Of a stretch of 64,000 bases of DNA, positions 36,886 to 44,773 are shown one piece after another. The notes under the pieces are model-generated. The model searched no databases. It saw nothing but the letters and a program-made list of their open reading frames with translations, and was not told the DNA's origin. Position 1 is the stretch's first letter, and each line of letters opens with the position of its first letter. The DNA is from Marine Group III euryarchaeote CG-Epi1 (GTDB lineage Archaea; Thermoplasmatota; Poseidoniia; MGIII; CG-Epi1), in NCBI GenBank assembly GCA_001875345.1, contig MIZA01000001.1, positions 3,340 to 67,339 of the forward strand, read 5' to 3'. A program made the position numbers and the translations under genes.

Positions 36886-37900
36886 CCCACTCCTTGCAAG
36901 GGGATTAATCCCTGACTGGATTTTGAGAAGAGGCGTTAGAAGTCAGGGTAAAGAGCGACTAAATATGATGAACAAAGTTGATTCAACTAAAGAATATTCT
37001 AAGTTCATAAATGAGGCAAGTACTGGTAGCATCGCAGTGAATACTGATGATGCTAATAATCAGCATTATGAAGTTGATTCTGAATTTTTTAAATATTGCT
37101 TAGGTAAAAACCTGAAATATAGTTGCTGTTTTTGGGATGACAATACATTGGATTTAGATACTGCAGAAGATAATATGCTAGAAATTTACTCTGAGCGTGC
37201 TGAAATTACAGATGGTATGAATATTCTAGATATTGGATGTGGCTGGGGATCTCTTAGTCTATTCTTAGCACAAAAATATCCAAAATCTGAGATTACTGGC
37301 GTTTCTAATTCTTCCTCACAAAAAATATTTATTGATTCAGTAGCATCGAAAAGAAATATTTCTAATCTGAAAATAATAACTAGAGATATAAATGATTTTA
37401 GAACGCAAGAAAAATACGATAGAATTTTATCAATTGAAATGTTTGAGCATACCAAAAATACTAAAAAACTAATGAACTTGATCAATGATTGGTTAAATCC
37501 AAACGGGCTCTTTTTCATGCATGTTTTTGCGCATAAAGAAAATCCGTATTATTTCGACAGAGATCAAAATAATGCATGGATGGCAAAGTATTTTTTCACA
37601 GGAGGGATGATGCCAAATCATAATTTATTTAAAGATTTGAAATCAAATTTAGAATATCAGAAATCTTGGATGTTATCTGGAGATCACTATGAAAAAACAT
37701 CAAATGCATGGTTAAATAATATGGATCAAAACAAAAGAGAAATACTATCATTATTTGAAAGAAGCAATAGTAGTACTATGGCAAAAAGAAAATTCCATTT
37801 TTGGAGACTATTTTACATTGCTTGCGCAGAAATTTTTGGTTATGAAGATGGCAATGAATGGGTTGTCTCTCACCATTTATTCAAAAAGAGTGCAAAATGA
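36875..37900 (+). CDS. Second Cfa-like SAM-dependent methyltransferase
   Basis: HYEVDSEFFKYCLGKNLKYSCCFW and ILDIGCGWGSLSL. This is the CMAS fold with a different N-terminus. Confidence 0.7.
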   Translation: MWFNPLLARGLIPDWILRRGVRSQGKERLNMMNKVDSTKEYSKFINEASTGSIAVNTDDANNQHYEVDSEFFKYCLGKNLKYSCCFWDDNTLDLDTAEDNMLEIYSERAEITDGMNILDIGCGWGSLSLFLAQKYPKSEITGVSNSSSQKIFIDSVASKRNISNLKIITRDINDFRTQEKYDRILSIEMFEHTKNTKKLMNLINDWLNPNGLFFMHVFAHKENPYYFDRDQNNAWMAKYFFTGGMMPNHNLFKDLKSNLEYQKSWMLSGDHYEKTSNAWLNNMDQNKREILSLFERSNSSTMAKRKFHFWRLFYIACAEIFGYEDGNEWVVSHHLFKKSAK

Positions 37901-39150
37901 ATATTGGAATTATAGGTGCAGGAGTTGCAGGATTAACTGCTGCACATTTGCTTTCCGAAAAACATAATGTTACATTAATTGAAAAGCAAAAAAGGATAGG
38001 AGGCCATACAAATACCATAACTGTGGAAGAAAATGGTGAAAAAATTGGAGTTGATACTGGATTTATCGTTTTAAACGATAAAAACTATACGAATTTCAAG
38101 AAACTATTAAAAAAATTAGATGTTAAGGTAAGAAATACAGACATGTCATTTAGCTATTATGACGAAAATGATGGTTTTAATTATGCTGGAACTGGTATTT
38201 CAGGTTATTTTTCACAAAAAAGTAACTTATTTAGTCCAAAACACTATCGTTTTTTATTAAACGTTAAAAAATATTCAAAAAAAGCTGCGGCTGATGTCGC
38301 CAACAATTCCCTTAAAGATGAAAGTTTAGGAGAATATTTATCAAGAAATGATTTTCCAAAAGATATTATTGATAAATTTATGGTCCCGATGGGTGCTGCT
38401 GTTTGGTCTGGATCAAGAAAAGAAATCGCTAATTTTCCCGTAAAAATGTTTCTTAAATTTTTTGATAATCATGGAATCTTAGATCTAAATAATGCGCCTC
38501 AATGGCATACTGTCCTTGGTGGAAGCTATACCTATGTTCAAAAAATACTAGATGATTTTAGTGGCGAGATTATTAAGGGAAATGGTGTTAAAACAGTAGT
38601 TCGTAAGGAAGAGGGCGTGCTAGTTTCTCTAGACAATGGAGAAAAATTATCTTTTGATAAAGTAGTATGCGCATCTCACGCAGACCAAACTTATCGTATG
38701 ATAAAAGATATGACTGAACAAGAAGTGAAAATATTACAGCCTTGGGAATATTCAAAGAATAAAACTATATTGCACACTGACGTCTCAATTATGCCGCCTT
38801 CTAAATCTGCATGGGCTTGTTGGAATTATGTTAAAAATCGAAACAGTGAGGACCAAGATGATGTATCAGTCACCTATTACATGAACCGACTTCAAGGCTT
38901 AAACACTAAAAACGATTATCTTGTAACTCTCAATCCTAATAGAGATATACCCAAAAATAAAATAATCTATGAAACTGAGTATACACATCCAAAATATACT
39001 CACCAATCACTATCTACTCAAGAAGATATAATAAAGATAAACGGTTCAAATAATTTGTACTTTTGCGGCAGCTATTGCAGATATGGATTTCACGAGGATG
39101 CAGTGCTTTCCGCCGTAAGAGTTGCAGAAAAATTAGGCTGTGTATTGTGA
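37897..39150 (+). CDS. FAD-dependent oxidoreductase (COG2907 / amine-oxidase / phytoene-desaturase-like)
   Basis: MNIGIIGAGVAGLTAAHLL is the GxGxxG motif, and the C-terminus is FCGSYCRYGFHEDA. The start is taken at Met14 (ATGA overlap with the preceding stop). Confidence 0.75.
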   Translation: MNIGIIGAGVAGLTAAHLLSEKHNVTLIEKQKRIGGHTNTITVEENGEKIGVDTGFIVLNDKNYTNFKKLLKKLDVKVRNTDMSFSYYDENDGFNYAGTGISGYFSQKSNLFSPKHYRFLLNVKKYSKKAAADVANNSLKDESLGEYLSRNDFPKDIIDKFMVPMGAAVWSGSRKEIANFPVKMFLKFFDNHGILDLNNAPQWHTVLGGSYTYVQKILDDFSGEIIKGNGVKTVVRKEEGVLVSLDNGEKLSFDKVVCASHADQTYRMIKDMTEQEVKILQPWEYSKNKTILHTDVSIMPPSKSAWACWNYVKNRNSEDQDDVSVTYYMNRLQGLNTKNDYLVTLNPNRDIPKNKIIYETEYTHPKYTHQSLSTQEDIIKINGSNNLYFCGSYCRYGFHEDAVLSAVRVAEKLGCVL

Positions 39151-39998
39151 ATCTTAAATCTAGAATATATGAAGGTGCGATAACTCATGCGAGAACAAAA
39201 CCTGTAAAACATAACTTTTCTTTCCCAATCTATACTTTTGTAATAGACTTAGATGAACTGGATTTATTAGACAAGGAAATAAGGTTTTTTGGATATAACA
39301 GAGGATCTGTATTTACTTTGTACGATTCCGACCACTTAGGATCTGGTGACGGAAGCATAAAGCAAAAGCTAAAGAAATGGTTAATCAAATTTGGACACAA
39401 AGAAAAATATTCTACAGTAAAAATGATAACTACATTAAGAGTCTTTAAGCATACATTTAATCCTGTAATATTTTACTACTGCTTAGATTCTGAAAATAAT
39501 ATTGTTTATCACGTCGCTGAAGTTCACAATACTTTTGGTGAAGGTCATCTATATATCCTGAATAAAGGAAGAAAATCTAAAGTTGGAACTGAGTACTTAG
39601 TCCCGAAAGAATTTCACGTTTCACCCTTTAATAAAGTCGAAGGCGATTATAACTTCCATTTTTCTAAATTAAAAGAAAAACTTGATGTAAGAATAAATGT
39701 TTCAAAAGATAAAGAAAATTTTTTCTATGCAAGAATATCTGGGAATAGTAAAAAAATAACTAAATATAATTTAATCAAACTGGTCATGAGATACCCTATT
39801 CGCACACTAATGATTATTCCCAAGATATTAGCTGAAGCTGCAAAATTATATTATGTTAAAAATATGGAGATAATAGACAAGCCTGAGCCTTCTTCGAAAA
39901 AAACATATAATGCAACGTATCCTGCTTACATTAGTGATTTTCAGACCTCGGATGACGCCGATGGAATAGGAAGATGGTTTTTTAGTAAAATATATTAA
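39147..39998 (+). CDS. DUF1365-family protein
   Basis: SRIYEGAITHARTKPVKHNFSFPIYTFVIDLDELD matches the DUF1365 N-terminal signature. GTG at 39147 overlaps TGA at 39148-39150. Confidence 0.65.
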   Translation: MNLKSRIYEGAITHARTKPVKHNFSFPIYTFVIDLDELDLLDKEIRFFGYNRGSVFTLYDSDHLGSGDGSIKQKLKKWLIKFGHKEKYSTVKMITTLRVFKHTFNPVIFYYCLDSENNIVYHVAEVHNTFGEGHLYILNKGRKSKVGTEYLVPKEFHVSPFNKVEGDYNFHFSKLKEKLDVRINVSKDKENFFYARISGNSKKITKYNLIKLVMRYPIRTLMIIPKILAEAAKLYYVKNMEIIDKPEPSSKKTYNATYPAYISDFQTSDDADGIGRWFFSKIY

Positions 39999-41231
39999 TT
40001 ACAACTTCTTCAAACTAAGTTTAGTTTTTGTTTCTTCATCCATATACTCTAAAATTGATAATTTATGCTCTGGAGATAAATCATCTGATTTCAACAACGA
40101 TTTAAGTCTAAATGCAGACATTTCTTGAATTTGAGACCATAATTCTAGCTCTTTAAGTGTAGTTTCTAACTCATATCTTCTTAAATCTTTCTTTTCGGGC
40201 ATTTTAAAATTCGAATCTTCTCTAAATGTTACTTTGTAATCCTTGCCACTTATTGAATTGTGGCCCGATTCTTTAGAATAATTAACTAATTTATTTTCAA
40301 GAGTGTCAAGCATTGCATCCATATCTGAAATTAATTCTTTCTTTTTGTCCTTAAGTTCTACTAATTTATCAACTGTCTCTGATGCTTCAACTGAAGTCAT
40401 CGTTGATGTGTCAATGAAAGGATTTGAAGTTTCACCTGAATTTGTGTGCCTTAATCTTAATGCGATCAAATCTTCCATTTCTTTTGGTAAAGAATCTACT
40501 TCATATCTCAAATAAGAATTACCAGGATTATCAGGATGAAGCCAAACCAAAAACATGTTGCTAACTTTTTTACCATAATTTTTTTCTAAAATCCATTTGT
40601 AAGTGTTTAATTGCAATGAATATTTCCAAAAATTAGCGTCTGGTAGATGGGAAATACAGTCTACAATTGCAGAGGCCCATCTATTCTCTTTGACCACTTT
40701 TTTTGATCTTTTCCAGTCATAAATTTGCAAAGTACCATCTGGATTTTCAAAAAGCATATCTACTGATCCTGCAAGCCGGAGCTCTCTATCCCAAATCATC
40801 CATTCCGTTCTATATGGAATTAGCTTTCTCTCTAATGAATCATTAAATTCTTTAAAATATTTCCACTCGAGACTCCCATCGTCTTCAACATCCATTTCAT
40901 TATAAAAACATTCAATGTTGTAATGCATTTTAGTACCTGCATCTGAAGCTACAATACCATCATTTTTCCACTTCATTTTTATTTCTTCTCTAGTCATTCC
41001 GAAATAAGGACTATTAGGCCAGCGAGGAGAAGCCATCATCTTGGTTATGACTGAGTCAGAATCAAATTTAGGAAAATGTGTACTATTCCAAGATGTAACA
41101 GACATATAGTCTGAATCTCCATCTATTGTGTATATGTGAGGACCTTCTTCAAATGAGATATGAGAATCTCTCTCATGGGCATTTTTTTTAGCTAAAAAGA
41201 TTGGTTCTTCCACTGAAATTAAGTAATACAA
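39999..41231 (-). CDS. PD-(D/E)XK nuclease (MGME1 / viral-exonuclease-like) with a C-terminal coiled-coil extension
   Basis: AGTKMHYNIE is the GTxxH motif. The nuclease core reads RTEW...AGSVDMLFENPDGTLQIYDWKRSKK (D...D-x-K). The last 130 aa or so are charged heptad-like sequence. The start is uncertain: TTG 41231 or GTG 41213. Confidence 0.55.
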   Translation of the reverse strand: MYYLISVEEPIFLAKKNAHERDSHISFEEGPHIYTIDGDSDYMSVTSWNSTHFPKFDSDSVITKMMASPRWPNSPYFGMTREEIKMKWKNDGIVASDAGTKMHYNIECFYNEMDVEDDGSLEWKYFKEFNDSLERKLIPYRTEWMIWDRELRLAGSVDMLFENPDGTLQIYDWKRSKKVVKENRWASAIVDCISHLPDANFWKYSLQLNTYKWILEKNYGKKVSNMFLVWLHPDNPGNSYLRYEVDSLPKEMEDLIALRLRHTNSGETSNPFIDTSTMTSVEASETVDKLVELKDKKKELISDMDAMLDTLENKLVNYSKESGHNSISGKDYKVTFREDSNFKMPEKKDLRRYELETTLKELELWSQIQEMSAFRLKSLLKSDDLSPEHKLSILEYMDEETKTKLSLKKL

Positions 41232-41288
41232 TCATATACTTAAAAATATAGAAGCAAAGAAGTATTAAACTCCGACCTTTGAGAAAGT

Positions 41289-41534
41289 ATGGAACTAACA
41301 ACACTTGAAGACTATGTTAGGCGTGAAGTATTCAAAACAGATAAAGAATTATTTGACTTTTGCCCTTCCTGTGACGAGACTGGAAATACAATAAGGGCCC
41401 TTATGGAAGGATTATTTATACAAGCAAAAAAACTTCAGAAAGAACGTGATGATATTTTGAAAGTTAATCGTTCTATTGCAAAGAGTATAACTGAATTGAA
41501 AAGTGTCGTAGAGAATATAGGAAATCTAACTTAG
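41289..41534 (+). CDS. Small hypothetical coiled-coil protein with a single CxxC
   Basis: An 81-aa ORF, divergent from the nuclease. It contains FCPSCDETG followed by a helical tail. No family is recognised. Confidence 0.3.
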   Translation: MELTTLEDYVRREVFKTDKELFDFCPSCDETGNTIRALMEGLFIQAKKLQKERDDILKVNRSIAKSITELKSVVENIGNLT

Positions 41535-41583
41535 CTGTAGGCATTAGATAATTCATTTATTATACCATATTCTACAGTTAATC

Positions 41584-42234
41584 ATGGAAAAGTTAGTAGC
41601 TCTGTCTGGAGTCGTAAAATCGTACGGTACCACCAGCGTACTCACAGGAATTGATCTGGACATTGCAAAAGGCGAATTGATTGTTTTACTCGGCCCTTCC
41701 GGAAGCGGAAAAACAACACTTTTGAATTTGATTGCAGGGATAGATACTGCGAATAGTGGCGAAATATTGGTACTTGGAAAAAATCTGTCTGAGATGACTG
41801 ATTTGGAATTAACTGAATACAGAAGAGATTCAGTAGGATATATATTCCAATTTTATAATTTATTACCAAACCTAACAGTTATGGAAAATGCTTCATTAGG
41901 ATTAGAACTAAAAGGAGAAGAATTGGACTATGCAAAAATAATTTTAGAGAAGGTAGGTCTTGAGGATAAATCACAGCGTTTTCCAGCCCAACTTTCTGGT
42001 GGAGAACAGCAACGAGTTGCGATAGCAAGAGCTATGGCAAAAACCCCAGCACTTATTGTAGCCGATGAACCGACTGGAAATCTAGATAAAAATAATTCAC
42101 AATCTGTAAGAAATCTTTTCAAAGAAATATCGAATGATGCAACTATTATTATTGCAACACATGACAACGATTATCTTGAAATTGCAGACAAGGCTTATGA
42201 GTTAAATGAAGGGAAACTAATTAAAATTAAATGA
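41584..42234 (+). CDS. ABC transporter ATP-binding protein (MacB/LolD type)
   Basis: GPSGSGKTT is Walker [15 protein letters not shown] is the signature motif, and [12 protein letters not shown] is Walker B. Confidence 0.9.
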   Translation: MEKLVALSGVVKSYGTTSVLTGIDLDIAKGELIVLLGPSGSGKTTLLNLIAGIDTANSGEILVLGKNLSEMTDLELTEYRRDSVGYIFQFYNLLPNLTVMENASLGLELKGEELDYAKIILEKVGLEDKSQRFPAQLSGGEQQRVAIARAMAKTPALIVADEPTGNLDKNNSQSVRNLFKEISNDATIIIATHDNDYLEIADKAYELNEGKLIKIK

Positions 42235-44678
42235 GCATCATATTCAAAAAATTTCAACGAGATCTATACTCTGAATTACCAAAAATCGCAGTCTCCATTA
42301 TTATTATTTCAATGGGAATTGGAGGATTTATTACATTCTTTCAGGTTTCAGACAACATCAAAGAAACTGTAGACTCGCAATATGACGAAATGAATCTAGG
42401 AGATTCATGGATAAATTTACAACCAATACCAATACCTACTCCTGAGGAATTGATTGAGTATAGCAAGCAAAATGATGATAATAGTATCAATGAAATTTTA
42501 CCTCAAATAGACGTAATGCAGCCCAGACTGCATCTTTATGGTAAATCTGAAGGTGAAAATGGACCTATAATTATTGAAATCTTAGGGCTACCTGATGAGC
42601 AAAAAATAAACAAATTGAGAATTACTGAAGGTGGAAATTTAGCGACTAATGCCGAGTCTGGAAATATTCCTGTTGTAGTTGAATCGAGGTTTGAAAAATA
42701 TCACGGTTATGGATTAGGTGATACCTTTAATCTAAGTATTGTTAAAATCGATCAAGAAGCGATTGAGTTTGAAACCATAAATGTAACTGTAGAAGTTGTT
42801 GGAGTCGCAGTATCTGCTGAATATTTCCTTATCACTGGAAATCAGGGTGTTTTTGTACCTAGGCAATCGACAATTGGAGTAATGTTTGTAAATTTACCAA
42901 TATTGCAAAATGTAACTGGATTCGACGGAATGATTAATCAAGTTAGTATCAAATCAGACAGTAACGTTGATGAATTATTTAGTGGAACTCCTCTAGAAAA
43001 TGTAATTATTTCTTCATATGAAAAGGAAAATATGGAATCTTATATGATTCTAAATAATGATCAAAAAGGTGTCAAACAGGTAACACCAAAACTTGCTGGT
43101 ATTTGGCTAATAATTGCAGGTTGCACAATCTCTCTAAACCTGTACAGAATAATACAATCTCAGAAGAAACAAATAGGCGTAATGAGAGCTGCTGGAATGA
43201 CATCTAATGAAGTTATGTCTTTCTATACCTGGTATGGAATCTTCATTGGTGCTATCGGTTCTATAGGCGGAATTATTGCTGGATTTGGAATTTCTGTCTA
43301 TATAACGTACCAATATTCTTTAGCTACCGAAATACCTGGAATCGTTTATGGTTTATCTCCAAGATTAGTACTATTTGGAATTGCTTTGAGTATGATATCA
43401 AGTTTAGTATTCATAATTTTGCCAGTTAGAAAAGCTGCTAACATTGCAATAACTGATTCTATGTCTCCAGATATTCCTAGTTTTAAAGATTCAAAGATTA
43501 CGGAAATAAGCTCGAAACTATCATTATCTTTAAGATTGGCATTTAGAAACTTTTCAAGGAACAGAACAAGAACCATGCTAACTACTGTTGGCCTTTCCCT
43601 TGCCTTAGTAACGCCGTTTGCATTGGGCGTTATACTATCAAGTACAGAAAATGCGGTGGAAACTAGCTTTGATCTTCCAGGCTGGGATGGAACTGCAGTT
43701 TTCGACTCATTCCAAGAACAAAATGTGACAATTGACGAATTGGAAAGTAGAGATTACATTAGTAGCGCAGACCCTGTTTTATCTTGGGAAATTGGAGCAT
43801 TTAATGAACGTATTGTTGTAATTGGATCTAACTATGGCAATGTTTTTAGTTTACCAACTGAAAATGAATTTAATCAATTTACAACTAATAACGAAATAAT
43901 TATAGATTCTTTGTTTGCTATGAGGAACGATTTAGAGGTAAATGATATTTTTGAAGCTTCGTTATTAGGCCAAAAAAAGAACTTAACAGTAGCTGCTATT
44001 CACACACAGATTCTTGGTGGAGGTTTCATGAGCCTTGAAGGTCTACAGATATGGCTACACGAGTGGGAAGATGAGATAAAATCTTTAGCTGTTAACTCTT
44101 CAGTTCTTAACGAAACCGAAATTGAAAAATTACCTGACTTGCCAATGAATCCAATTAGTGGAGTATATCTAACTGGAGATGCTACAAGACTAAACAACGA
44201 ATCTCCTGACTACATGGTTGCAGTTATTGCTAAAGATGACCTAAAAGGTCAGGTTGATAAGTTAATGGAACTGTTTACATTTTTTATCAATTTATATTAT
44301 GGTTTAGCAGCTGTAATGGCATTTTTAATTATTGCTAACACTGCTACAATAAATATGCTGGAAAGAGAAAGGGAGATGGCAACACTAAAGACCTTAGGAA
44401 CTAGTGACGTTATTCTGAGTAAGGCCACATCAGCCGAGAATTTTGTGATGGGAACTATCGCAGGAGTTACAGGAATTATAATAGGTTACCCTATAGCTGT
44501 ATGGTTGTTACAAACATTTACGTATGAGATTTACTATGTTCCAACTTATTTTCCAAGCGGATTACCTATTGTAATGATTGTATGTGTTATTCTCTTAAGT
44601 GTATCTGCAACAATTCCCTCATGGATTAGGTTAAGAAATATGAACCTTGGAAATTTGGTCCGGTCCATAGAAAGATGA
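42231..44678 (+). CDS. ABC transporter permease with duplicated FtsX/MacB-type domains
   Basis: 815 aa with two 4-TM FtsX-like blocks, each preceded by a large extracytoplasmic domain. The gene overlaps the ATPase gene by 4 nt. Confidence 0.8.
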   Translation: MSIIFKKFQRDLYSELPKIAVSIIIISMGIGGFITFFQVSDNIKETVDSQYDEMNLGDSWINLQPIPIPTPEELIEYSKQNDDNSINEILPQIDVMQPRLHLYGKSEGENGPIIIEILGLPDEQKINKLRITEGGNLATNAESGNIPVVVESRFEKYHGYGLGDTFNLSIVKIDQEAIEFETINVTVEVVGVAVSAEYFLITGNQGVFVPRQSTIGVMFVNLPILQNVTGFDGMINQVSIKSDSNVDELFSGTPLENVIISSYEKENMESYMILNNDQKGVKQVTPKLAGIWLIIAGCTISLNLYRIIQSQKKQIGVMRAAGMTSNEVMSFYTWYGIFIGAIGSIGGIIAGFGISVYITYQYSLATEIPGIVYGLSPRLVLFGIALSMISSLVFIILPVRKAANIAITDSMSPDIPSFKDSKITEISSKLSLSLRLAFRNFSRNRTRTMLTTVGLSLALVTPFALGVILSSTENAVETSFDLPGWDGTAVFDSFQEQNVTIDELESRDYISSADPVLSWEIGAFNERIVVIGSNYGNVFSLPTENEFNQFTTNNEIIIDSLFAMRNDLEVNDIFEASLLGQKKNLTVAAIHTQILGGGFMSLEGLQIWLHEWEDEIKSLAVNSSVLNETEIEKLPDLPMNPISGVYLTGDATRLNNESPDYMVAVIAKDDLKGQVDKLMELFTFFINLYYGLAAVMAFLIIANTATINMLEREREMATLKTLGTSDVILSKATSAENFVMGTIAGVTGIIIGYPIAVWLLQTFTYEIYYVPTYFPSGLPIVMIVCVILLSVSATIPSWIRLRNMNLGNLVRSIER

Positions 44679-44773
44679 TTTTTAGTATATAAATGTTTTA
44701 AAAAATACTAAATTTTAATCTTCCTTTAAATATCTGTCAGTAATTATTTAAACTATTTTGTCAAAGGCACAAT

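Noticed and set aside
37186-37518. 110-aa minus-strand ORF.
   Set aside because: It is antisense to the second Cfa-like methyltransferase, whose SAM motif falls in this span. It is a shadow ORF.
37858-39146. N-terminal extensions given by the ORF track for the FAD oxidoreductase (37858-37896) and the DUF1365 protein (39063-39146).
   Set aside because: The extensions overlap the preceding genes substantially and encode non-homologous Cys/Arg-rich sequence. The GxGxxG motif follows directly after Met14 (37897). The DUF1365 signature starts right after GTG 39147, which overlaps the upstream stop.
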